DNA of 64,000 bases, taken from the IMG/VR virus record IMGVR_UViG_3300017917_002374, positions 186,001 through 250,000 of that record, one strand, 5' to 3'. Positions 42,468-50,843 of the stretch are shown piece after piece. Numbering within the stretch: position 1 is the stretch's first letter; each line of letters begins with the position of its first letter. The position numbers and the translations under genes are program-made. Below the pieces are notes generated by a model, which saw only the letters and a program-made list of their open reading frames with translations, was not told the origin of the DNA and made no database searches.

Positions 42468-42840
42468 GCTCGCACAGGCCAATCACGTGTGCCCTACACC
42501 TGGATCTAGGATCGCAGGGATGGAAGTCTTGCCGCTACAGCAAGCACTCAATCACTACCCTTCGGGATGAAGATGGCAAATTGCCGCCATTTGATTGTTT
42601 GAACAGGATTCATAAAGGCTAAAAAGACGCTCTAGCGATAGAGCACGTTTGTTAGGTGTGCTGATATACATTTAACAAACCGCCGTTGTAATAAAGACTG
42701 CGCTCGAGGTACCGGACAACCGCCTCTGTAATGCGTTAATATCAGTGACTGTGCTACTCAGATGATGTACAGCTTTGCCCGCCCTGGGCAAAGAGTGACC
42801 AATTAATCTAGATGATATACGTTCGCGCTTCGCGCATGAA
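42465..42840 (+). ncRNA. Candidate large structured non-coding RNA (family not recognised)
   Basis: ORF-free gap filled with stems: GCTCTA-GCGA-TAGAGC, CC-TTCG-GG, a 14-bp stem 42647-42680 whose loop CTGATA complements TATCAG 42740-42745, CTTTGCCC/GGGCAAAG, and others. Confidence 0.65.
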
Positions 42841-42893
42841 AAAAAAATAATATCACTGAGCGCAAGCGAAAGTGATAGATCTCGCTAGAGATC
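42839..42893 (-). terminator. Probable intrinsic terminator of the gp26-gp51 operon
   Basis: Hairpins GATCTC/GAGATC (42878-42893) and TATCACT/AGTGATA (42851-42877), followed on the minus strand by a long U-run. Confidence 0.55.
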
Positions 42894-43112
42894 TTAAAAG
42901 AATGGCAATCCTGAATCCTTGGTTGCTTTCATATTATCTTTGATAATTTCGCCTATGAGTTCTTTTTCGTGTTGTCCAAGCATCATGGCGTCTTCGTAGC
43001 TGAGTCCTCCACGCATCCACCATACCATTCTTAGTGCTTCGTCTCTTATGGCTCTTGCCTCTTTATCCATGCTTTCCAGCAATTTCTCAATACCGTTTAG
43101 GTCAAGATTCAA
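42894..43112 (-). CDS. Small baseplate hub assembly protein, gp51-like
   Basis: 72 aa with WWMRGGLSYEDAM; ATGA overlap with gp26. Confidence 0.6.
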   Translation of the reverse strand: MNLDLNGIEKLLESMDKEARAIRDEALRMVWWMRGGLSYEDAMMLGQHEKELIGEIIKDNMKATKDSGLPFF

Positions 43113-43978
43113 GAGCCGGGTGCGAAAAAATTGGCGTAATCAAAAGTCACAGCAATAGACAGTGTTCCTTGGCAACCGGCACAATTGGTTTCTTGTGGCG
43201 GAACTGCACCTTCTGCTGCAACTTTTCCGTAAGTTTCTTGTATTTTGGTAGCCAATCGGCCGTCAATGTTTTTGTAAAATTCAAGAATGTAATTTTGATC
43301 AAACACCTTTTGTTCAGGGTTGTCCATCAAAGCAATATACTCTGTGGCTTCTGTTAGCACCTCAAGGTTAAGATCAATTAATCTTTTCATTTGAGAAACA
43401 GCTTCCTGTGTTCTAGACTCGTCATCTTCAATGTCATCAATTGCTTGCGACAGTTTGGAAATTTCAAAGCTGATCTTGTTGTTTTTGTTCACACCAAAAT
43501 AAGCCTGCGGTCTGAATTTTACTATCAAAGATTCTATGTTGTGTTCTTGATCAAAATTTGGTGGTCTCACTTTTTCCAACACACTGCGCAAATCCATGGT
43601 ATATGTATGCACTTCGTCGCAGTGCGGACACTTGCTTTCAAAATCCATGTTATGACCATAGCTGGCAATACGTATGGCAATCAGCACAGTATCCACATCA
43701 GTAGCAGGCATTTGCCACGCATTTTTAATATTTGGACAGCAACTCTGCATCACATCTACCATGCCTTGCCCGTTTATCATGGCATCCGGTGTGCGCAAGA
43801 GTATTTCATCTCGGCTGGTCATTGGATAAACTGGAATTTCGCCAGTTTCTGGTAGCTGTAAAGCGCCTTGTGGCCAATACGTTCCTCCGCTGGGCAAGGC
43901 CACGTAAATGGCAGGTTGTCTGAACATTTTGGCCAGCGGGTTGGTTTGAGCTTGTTGTTGCTGTGGAAAAGACTGCAT
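43109..43978 (-). CDS. gp26: Baseplate hub assembly protein gp26-like
   Basis: NPLAKMFRQPAIYVALPSGG, PVYPMTSRDEI, AIRIASYG, CPHC and CAGC zinc motifs; ATG 43978 has a GGGGA SD (track start 43990). Confidence 0.8.
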   Translation of the reverse strand: MQSFPQQQQAQTNPLAKMFRQPAIYVALPSGGTYWPQGALQLPETGEIPVYPMTSRDEILLRTPDAMINGQGMVDVMQSCCPNIKNAWQMPATDVDTVLIAIRIASYGHNMDFESKCPHCDEVHTYTMDLRSVLEKVRPPNFDQEHNIESLIVKFRPQAYFGVNKNNKISFEISKLSQAIDDIEDDESRTQEAVSQMKRLIDLNLEVLTEATEYIALMDNPEQKVFDQNYILEFYKNIDGRLATKIQETYGKVAAEGAVPPQETNCAGCQGTLSIAVTFDYANFFAPGS

Positions 43979-43988
43979 TTTGATCCCC

Positions 43989-43995
43989 ATAAATA
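43989..43995 (+). promoter_or_regulatory. Late promoter ATAAATA (tape measure)
   Basis: 30 nt upstream of ATG 44026. Confidence 0.55.
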
Positions 43996-44008
43996 ATTGA
44001 AGTATGAA

Positions 44009-44015
44009 TATTTAT
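44009..44015 (-). promoter_or_regulatory. Late promoter ATAAATA (gp26)
   Basis: tatttat upstream of gp26. Confidence 0.55.
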
Positions 44016-44025
44016 TGATTAAAAA

Positions 44026-47000
44026 ATGGCAGATCAACCTTTAACAGCTAGAGAATTTGAAGATATCCTGCGCCGCATGAACGAAAGCGGTGGAGGTGGT
44101 CGTGGCATGGGCAGGGGTGTTGCCAACGAAGCAGATCGGCTGGAAAAAAGTCTAGAAGAAACTGCCAGCAGTTTACAGAACTATCTAAGTGTTCAAAAAG
44201 AATATACCAAGCGTCACCAAGCAGGCAGTTTTATTGCCGGACTATTTAACAAAAGCACTGAAATGGCTTCGCGCAACATGGGCCAGCTACGAAGTGCAAT
44301 TGCGCAACACGAACGTGCATTGGATGCACTTACTGAACAAGGGCACAGTGCAACCAGTGCGCAATACAAAAAAGTACAAGCAGATCTCAAGGTTCTACAA
44401 GGACAGGAGCAAATGTATCAGGCTCAGTCCACTGGTGCTGAGATCATTCGTAATGCTTCTGGTCAAGTTTTTCAAACCTTTTTAAGACTTGGAACCATAC
44501 AGGCTGAGTATCAAGCCAATCTATTAAACATTGTGGCACAAGGTGGCAGTGGATTCCAAATGGCCGCTGCTGCCATGGAAAATGCTGTGAATCAAATGCA
44601 TGCCATGCAGACCACCATGGCACAGATCGCTCAGAGTGCAGGTCAAAGTCTTGGACAGCTGGGTGGTAAGTTTGCTCCACTAGCAGGCATGGCTCTAAAT
44701 GCACTAGGACACGCAGCACAAGCCGCTGCTGATGCAGCTAGAACTCTTGCCATGGCACAGATCAGAATCATGGCCCAAGAGGGCGACAAGCTGATAAAAA
44801 CGCATCATGAACTAACCAATGCTGGAGTAATATACGGCAATGGAATGAAAGGACTAATCAACGCCACACACGGAACCAAACTGCGTCTTGAAGAAATGAG
44901 TGCAGTGGTTGCTAGAAGCCGAGAGAGTTTTGCTGATGTTGGTATAGGCATGAGTGATGCTACTGATTTGATTGGTGGAGTGGTAAGACGTTTTGCTTCT
45001 ACAACCGGGCAGTTTGCCAAGATGGACAGACAGTTGCTGGCACTAGGGTTCAGCTATCAAGAGCAAGCTGAGCTGGCAGCAGAAACTGCTGCCCAAATGG
45101 CACTGGGCGGCAAGCAGGTAAATCAAAAAGAAGTAGCACAAGCCACAATTGACATGGCCAAGAGCATGCGTTTGGTTGCAGAAGTAGCCGGCGAAGACAT
45201 GAAAGAGCGTCGTAAAAAGATGCAGGCCGAACAACAGGAGTTCTTTATCAAAGGTCAGCTGGCCAAGATGCAGCGTGATGACCCTGAACGATACAAGCGA
45301 TTCCAGCTGCAATTGCAAGGCATGACAGATCAGCAGCGTAAAGCTGCATATCAAATGCAGTTCTATGGCACAGTGGTTGATAAAAATCTAGCCATTCAAA
45401 TGGCCACAAACAGTGGCTTCAACAAAATTGTTAAGGAAAACGATAAAGCATTAAAAGACGGTAGTGCAAGCACTGAACAAGCTCTAGCCACTAGAAAAAA
45501 ATATGCCAAAGAAGAAATGGATGGTGCGATTAGACTGTCCGGTACTATTGGTAAAGCATCAAACGCAGTAGGAGCATACACAGAAGTATCACAAGCCATG
45601 TCAGAAAGCATGACTGGCACTCAGCGAGTGATGAATGCTGACATAAACAAAGCATCAAGGTCTATTCAAACACAAATGGACAAGGCAGGAAAGCCAGACG
45701 CATCAGATCCTACCTCGTTGCTGCTAACGGCTGTGGAAAAAGGTGCAATTGCTGCAAAGAATCTGCAAGAAGAAGTAATCAAACGATTGCCTAGACTGGC
45801 ATCAGCATTAGAACAAGCATACAAAGATGCCATGGCCACATTAAGAGGCGAAGGTGGTGGCGGTGGAATAAAAGATCCGACTGGTATATTGGCATGGTTA
45901 CAAAAACATTTACCAGAAGTAACTGCTGCGGTAACTGCATTAACACTGGGTGTACAAATGTTTGGACACAAAATACCTGGTATATTTCAAAATATCAAAG
46001 ACAAAATATTTAAACCCAAAGGTTTGCCTGGCAGTGGAGGAATAGTACCGGAAGCAGCAACTCCTGATATTGAAGCACCTGGAAGAGAGTCACGTGCAGA
46101 AAGACGTAGAAGAGAGCGCACAGAAAGACGTTCGCCTGGTGGACGCAGTCGGCTACCATCAACATCCTCGTTGCCAAGCACTGTAACTCCTGGTGGTGGT
46201 GGCGCCGGCGGCGGTGGCCTAGCAGGCATGCTAGGAGAACTGGCAGAAGGTCTAACAAAATTTGGGCCAGCACTAAAAAGTATTGGAGTTGGCATAGGCG
46301 ATGCATTAGCTGGATTTTTACGAGGAATAGCTGGGGGGATCAGTGCTTTTGCCAATCCCATGGTTATTGCAGGATCTATAGGATTTGGTGTTGCTATTGC
46401 TGCTGTTGGCGCAGGCATAGCTGGTGCAGCATGGATTACAGGCAAAGCTCTACCAACACTGGCTAACGGATTGTTATCTTTTAACGAAATAGATGGCAGA
46501 GCTCTTATAGATGTTGGACTAGGTGTTGCATCATTGGGTGCAGGTCTACTGGTATTTGGTGCAGGTAGTGCTATTGGCGGCGCAGGTAACGTGATTGGTA
46601 GTATTGCAGATGGATTAGGCAGTTTGTTCGGCGGCAAGGATATTGTTACCAAACTTAAGGAATTTAGCACTCTAGGCCCGGGGTTAGGCAAAACAGGTGA
46701 ATCTTTAACTACTCTAGCTGGAGCAATGGTAAAGTTTCAGACCAGTTTGGTATCGTTTACAAAAATAGATATCAAACCTTTAGACACCATAATTGACAAA
46801 CTCAACAAGTTAAAAGAAGCTGCAAAACCTCCTCAGGTTAGTGTGATTGATGCTACCAAAAACATGGTAGCCACAGTAATGGATAAAGTATCTAGTACTG
46901 TTGGAACTCCTACAACTGCACAACCAGGAAAAACTGCACCAACTCGTGTGGCGTTGGGCAGCTTGCCTACCAAGCAAGGATTAACTGCCGCGGAAAAGGC

Positions 47001-47175
47001 TGCTGCTATGGAAACAGTGGCAGTGAATACCAAATATACCAATGATTTATTGATTGCCAGCCAGAAGAATGTTGAGAATCTACAAAAACTCATGCTGCAA
47101 CGTTTAGAAGCTATTGTGAGTGCAACTGAAGCTACTGCTGGCTTTGGTAAAAAGACTGCGCGAAACACTTCTTAA
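44026..47175 (+). CDS. Tail tape measure protein
   Basis: 1,049 aa, Ala/Gln-rich and helical, with Gly/Ala-rich hydrophobic stretches; adjacent to gp26/gp51. Confidence 0.75.
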   Translation: MADQPLTAREFEDILRRMNESGGGGRGMGRGVANEADRLEKSLEETASSLQNYLSVQKEYTKRHQAGSFIAGLFNKSTEMASRNMGQLRSAIAQHERALDALTEQGHSATSAQYKKVQADLKVLQGQEQMYQAQSTGAEIIRNASGQVFQTFLRLGTIQAEYQANLLNIVAQGGSGFQMAAAAMENAVNQMHAMQTTMAQIAQSAGQSLGQLGGKFAPLAGMALNALGHAAQAAADAARTLAMAQIRIMAQEGDKLIKTHHELTNAGVIYGNGMKGLINATHGTKLRLEEMSAVVARSRESFADVGIGMSDATDLIGGVVRRFASTTGQFAKMDRQLLALGFSYQEQAELAAETAAQMALGGKQVNQKEVAQATIDMAKSMRLVAEVAGEDMKERRKKMQAEQQEFFIKGQLAKMQRDDPERYKRFQLQLQGMTDQQRKAAYQMQFYGTVVDKNLAIQMATNSGFNKIVKENDKALKDGSASTEQALATRKKYAKEEMDGAIRLSGTIGKASNAVGAYTEVSQAMSESMTGTQRVMNADINKASRSIQTQMDKAGKPDASDPTSLLLTAVEKGAIAAKNLQEEVIKRLPRLASALEQAYKDAMATLRGEGGGGGIKDPTGILAWLQKHLPEVTAAVTALTLGVQMFGHKIPGIFQNIKDKIFKPKGLPGSGGIVPEAATPDIEAPGRESRAERRRRERTERRSPGGRSRLPSTSSLPSTVTPGGGGAGGGGLAGMLGELAEGLTKFGPALKSIGVGIGDALAGFLRGIAGGISAFANPMVIAGSIGFGVAIAAVGAGIAGAAWITGKALPTLANGLLSFNEIDGRALIDVGLGVASLGAGLLVFGAGSAIGGAGNVIGSIADGLGSLFGGKDIVTKLKEFSTLGPGLGKTGESLTTLAGAMVKFQTSLVSFTKIDIKPLDTIIDKLNKLKEAAKPPQVSVIDATKNMVATVMDKVSSTVGTPTTAQPGKTAPTRVALGSLPTKQGLTAAEKAAAMETVAVNTKYTNDLLIASQKNVENLQKLMLQRLEAIVSATEATAGFGKKTARNTS

Positions 47176-47177
47176 AG

Positions 47178-47183
47178 TAAATA
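47178..47183 (+). promoter_or_regulatory. Late promoter TAAATA (portal)
   Basis: In the 29-nt gap before the portal ATG. Confidence 0.55.
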
Positions 47184-47204
47184 CACAACAGAGAAAGCAT
47201 TCAC

Positions 47205-48914
47205 ATGACCTGGCGCAAATATTTCAAAGGCGTAAATCTTCCGCAAACAGCAAGTCCAATTTCAGGACGCTTAGCCGAACCTGGCTATCGTAATTGGCAA
47301 AGTAATTTGCCTGAAGTGTATATTGGACACCCAAATCGTATTGAACGTTACAATCAATACGAGCAGATGGACATGGACAGTGAAGTAAATGCAGCATTGG
47401 ACATTATTTCTGAATTCAGCACACAGATTGATGAGGACAGCAATTTACCTTTTGATCTACATTTTAAAGAATCGCCAACTGACAACGAAATCAAGATTAT
47501 CAAAGAACAGTTGCAGCAGTGGGTGAATCTAAACGAATTAAACAAACGTATTTTTAAAATCTTTCGCAACACTATCAAGTACGGTGATCAAGTGTTTATT
47601 CGTGATCCAGAAACATTCAAATTGTTCTGGGTTGAAATGAGCAAGGTTACCAAGATCATTGTAAACGAAAGCGAAGGCAAGGAACCTGAACAGTATATTT
47701 TGAAAGATCTCAATGTGAACTTTCAAAATCTTTCAGCAACACAGGTTGCAGCCACAGACACCTATATCAATCATCCGCAAGTAGGAGGACCGTCGGGTAG
47801 CTACATACAGCCTAATGCTCCTTTCTCAGGCGGTAGTAGATTCAGTCGTGCGCAGAATGAGTATGCTATCAATGCAGAGCATGTGGTGCATTTGAGTCTT
47901 ACAGAAGGCTTGGATGTGTATTGGCCATTTGGCAGCAGTGTGTTGGAAAATGTTTTTAAAGTGTTCAAGCAGAAAGAACTGCTAGAAGACGCTATCATTA
48001 TCTATCGTGTGCAACGTGCCCCGGAACGCAGAATCTTTAAAATTGACGTGGGCAACATGCCAAGTCACATGGCCATGGCATTTGTGGAGCGTATTAAAAA
48101 TGAAGTGCATCAGCGACGTATTCCTACCAGCACAGGTGGTGGTGCAAGCATGATGGATGCCACATACAATCCACTGAGTCAAAACGAAGACTACTTTTTT
48201 CCAGTTACAGCAGATGGCAGAGGCAGTGAAGTGACCACACTACAGGGTGGACAGAATTTAGGCGAAATCACTGATTTGCATTTCTTCACCAACAAGCTGT
48301 TCCGAGGCCTGCGTATTCCTAGCAGTTATCTGCCCACAGGCCTAGATGATGGCGCATCAGGTGCGTTTACGGACGGCAAAGTTGGTACTGCCTTGATACA
48401 AGAATGGCGTTTTAATCAATACTGTATGAGATTGCAAAGCAGTATTAGTGATTATTTAGATAAAGAATTCAAACTGTTCATGCGCTGGCGCGGCGTAAAC
48501 ATAGACAATCAACTGTTTAATTTGGTATTTTATCCTCCACAAAACTTTGCACAGTATCGTCAAGCTGAAGTTGATATTGCACGTATCAACACATTTACAC
48601 AACTAGAACAGTATCCTTACATGAGTAAGCGTTTCTTGATGACACGTTTCTTGGGCTTGAGCGAAGCTGAAATGGCAGAAAACGAGCGCATGTGGGCAGA
48701 AGAACAAGGCGATGTAGATGCAGCTCCAGCAGATCCAGCTGGCTTGCGTAGCGTGGGAGTAAGTCCGGGCAGCATACAAGGTGATATGGACACACTGGCA
48801 CCGCCAGCAGACGAAGCAGGTGCAGAAGCAGGCGCAGGCGCTATGACCGAACCAGGAGCAGCCAGCCCAATGGGAGGCGCACCGGGCGCACCCGCAGCAG
48901 CACCAGCAATTTAA
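47205..48914 (+). CDS. gp20: Portal protein gp20
   Basis: EVNAALDII, LLEDAIIIYRVQRAPERRIFKIDVGNMP, EDYFFP and LFRGLRIPSSYL. Confidence 0.95.
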   Translation: MTWRKYFKGVNLPQTASPISGRLAEPGYRNWQSNLPEVYIGHPNRIERYNQYEQMDMDSEVNAALDIISEFSTQIDEDSNLPFDLHFKESPTDNEIKIIKEQLQQWVNLNELNKRIFKIFRNTIKYGDQVFIRDPETFKLFWVEMSKVTKIIVNESEGKEPEQYILKDLNVNFQNLSATQVAATDTYINHPQVGGPSGSYIQPNAPFSGGSRFSRAQNEYAINAEHVVHLSLTEGLDVYWPFGSSVLENVFKVFKQKELLEDAIIIYRVQRAPERRIFKIDVGNMPSHMAMAFVERIKNEVHQRRIPTSTGGGASMMDATYNPLSQNEDYFFPVTADGRGSEVTTLQGGQNLGEITDLHFFTNKLFRGLRIPSSYLPTGLDDGASGAFTDGKVGTALIQEWRFNQYCMRLQSSISDYLDKEFKLFMRWRGVNIDNQLFNLVFYPPQNFAQYRQAEVDIARINTFTQLEQYPYMSKRFLMTRFLGLSEAEMAENERMWAEEQGDVDAAPADPAGLRSVGVSPGSIQGDMDTLAPPADEAGAEAGAGAMTEPGAASPMGGAPGAPAAAPAI

Positions 48915-48924
48915 ACATTTGGGT

Positions 48925-48930
48925 TAAATA
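48925..48930 (+). promoter_or_regulatory. Late promoter TAAATA
   Basis: 7 nt before ATG 48938. Confidence 0.55.
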
Positions 48931-48937
48931 CACTACT

Positions 48938-49174
48938 ATGAACATATTTGAGCTATTTGATCCAGAGTCTCAAGGGCGTTATACAGAAAAGCAGGATAAC
49001 TCTGTAATGAAACTCAAGGACTTGCGTAAGACTAGATTGAGTCTAGAACAGATCAATCGCATGCGCATGATGAACGATGTGCGCAAGGTAGAACATGAAG
49101 AAAAACTGAAAAAAGTCAAAAAACAGTACAAAGCCCCCTCTGCAGAAGCTCCTGCTGCCCCCGGTGGTGTATAA
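48938..49174 (+). CDS. Small basic head-region protein (gp67/gp68 position)
   Basis: 78 aa between portal and core genes; RKTRLSLEQINRMR; has its own late promoter. Confidence 0.6.
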   Translation: MNIFELFDPESQGRYTEKQDNSVMKLKDLRKTRLSLEQINRMRMMNDVRKVEHEEKLKKVKKQYKAPSAEAPAAPGGV

Positions 49175-49232
49175 TTATACATCAAAATACGTCAAAAAAC
49201 ACCGATATTTCACCAAATATTAGTAGATTATG

Positions 49233-49238
49233 TAAATA
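49233..49238 (+). promoter_or_regulatory. Late promoter TAAATA heading the core-protease-scaffold-capsid operon
   Basis: Upstream of GAGGAG RBS and ATG 49269. Confidence 0.55.
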
Positions 49239-49268
49239 ATCTTACAAGCCATATTATGAGGAGTTCCT

Positions 49269-50180
49269 ATGAACAAGTATGAAAAGTTAATTGAGTATAT
49301 CGTTAATGATGAGCAGGACAAAGCTCGTGCTCTGTTTCACGATATCGTAGTAGAAAAAAGCCGCGGCATTTATGAAAGCCTTATGGACGAAGAGCAGTAT
49401 GACGAGACCATGGGTGGTAATGCTGTAGAAGACATGGTAGACGAAGTTTCTGCTGACGAAGAAGGCATGCAAGAAGCTGAAGACGACATGGACGACATGG
49501 ACGGCGATGAAATTGGTACCGACGATGATGACATGGGTGACATGCCAGACATGGGCGGTGATGAAGAAGGCGAAGGCGATTTAGAAGATCGCGTGATGGA
49601 CCTAGAGTCTGCACTGGACGAGCTCAAAGCTGAATTTGATGCCATGATGGCAGACGAAGGCGGTGATGACATGGGCGGCATGGACGACATGGACATGGGC
49701 AGCGATGATGACGAAGACATGATGAAAAACAGCATGTTTGAAGCTGAAGAGGAAGAAGACGAAGAAGAGGACGAGGAAGACATGTCCGAATCACGTCGTA
49801 ACATGTCCGCAGCTGATCAGATTCGTGAATACGTTGAGAAAGTCAGCGACGGTCACGGTGCTGAGAAAAAAGGCGGCGCTGAAGGCCACGAAGTGGGCAA
49901 GGGTGGTAGCGTAAGCGTGAACAAAAACCACATTGTTGCTGGAAAAAACGACATGGGCGGCACCGCAGCTAACATCGTAAAAGGTGGTAGCGAGCAAGCA
50001 CCTGACGGCACTAGCCCTAAAGGCAAAGTGGGCGGATTTGTAAAGAAGGGTCCTGATCTAATTGGTGACGTAGAAAACCGTGTGAACAGCAAGACCAAAG
50101 GCTACACCAACAAGCAGAGCGCAAGCAAAGGCGAAGAAGGTGGAGTAAACAAGACCAGTATTGAATCTGGTGGCAAGTGA
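49269..50180 (+). CDS. Highly acidic prohead core/scaffold-like protein
   Basis: D/E/M/G-rich low-complexity middle; immediately precedes gp21. Confidence 0.6.
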   Translation: MNKYEKLIEYIVNDEQDKARALFHDIVVEKSRGIYESLMDEEQYDETMGGNAVEDMVDEVSADEEGMQEAEDDMDDMDGDEIGTDDDDMGDMPDMGGDEEGEGDLEDRVMDLESALDELKAEFDAMMADEGGDDMGGMDDMDMGSDDDEDMMKNSMFEAEEEEDEEEDEEDMSESRRNMSAADQIREYVEKVSDGHGAEKKGGAEGHEVGKGGSVSVNKNHIVAGKNDMGGTAANIVKGGSEQAPDGTSPKGKVGGFVKKGPDLIGDVENRVNSKTKGYTNKQSASKGEEGGVNKTSIESGGK

Positions 50181-50194
50181 TATAGGCGCAAAAT

Positions 50195-50833
50195 ATGGCT
50201 TTGTACCTGAGAGAAAACCTTACGTTTGATGCAGCCCGGTTAGAAGTATTAACTGAGGAAGCATCAGACGGCAAAGGTAAAAATCTTTATCTGAAAGGGA
50301 TATGCATTGAGGGCGGCGTGAAGAACGCTAACCAACGTGTGTATCCTATTACAGAGATTCAAAAAGCTGTTAGCCAAATCAACGAGCAAATTAAAACAGG
50401 TCACAGTGTGCTGGGCGAAGTAGATCATCCAGACGACCTAAAGATCAATCTTGACCGCGTAAGCCATATGATCACAGACATGTGGATGGATGGACACGCT
50501 GGTTATGGCAAACTAAAAATCCTACCAACTCCAATGGGCAACCTGGTTAAAACCATGTTAGAAAGTGGTGTAAAGCTAGGCGTAAGTTCACGTGGTTCAG
50601 GCAACGTAAACGAAGGCAATGGTCAGGTAAGTGATTTTGAAATCATTACTGTTGACGTGGTAGCACAACCGTCAGCACCAAATGCGTATCCAAAAGCAAT
50701 CTACGAAGGACTCATGAACATGCGTCATGGGCATCGTGTTTTGGAAATTGCAGGCGAAGCTGGTGAAGACCAGCGTGTGCAAAAGTACTTGAAAGAGCAG
50801 GTTACTCGCTTGATCAAGGACTTGAAAATATAG
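50195..50833 (+). CDS. gp21: Prohead protease gp21
   Basis: LGEVDHP, GVSSRGSG and DVVAQPSAPNA motifs. Confidence 0.93.
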   Translation: MALYLRENLTFDAARLEVLTEEASDGKGKNLYLKGICIEGGVKNANQRVYPITEIQKAVSQINEQIKTGHSVLGEVDHPDDLKINLDRVSHMITDMWMDGHAGYGKLKILPTPMGNLVKTMLESGVKLGVSSRGSGNVNEGNGQVSDFEIITVDVVAQPSAPNAYPKAIYEGLMNMRHGHRVLEIAGEAGEDQRVQKYLKEQVTRLIKDLKI

Positions 50834-50843
50834 GAGAAGGTAA

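Noticed and set aside
42465-42893. Group I intron, hammerhead, RNase P, tmRNA or tRNA identity for the structured gap
   Set aside because: No interrupted gene; no CUGAnGA/GAAA core; no GAGGAAAGUCC P4 strand; no T-loop/CCA end. Partial resemblances (GATGGAAGTC, AGATGAT) are insufficient.
49170-49202. TATAAT hexamers on both strands after the 78-aa gene
   Set aside because: No -35 element at a 16-18 nt spacing on either strand.
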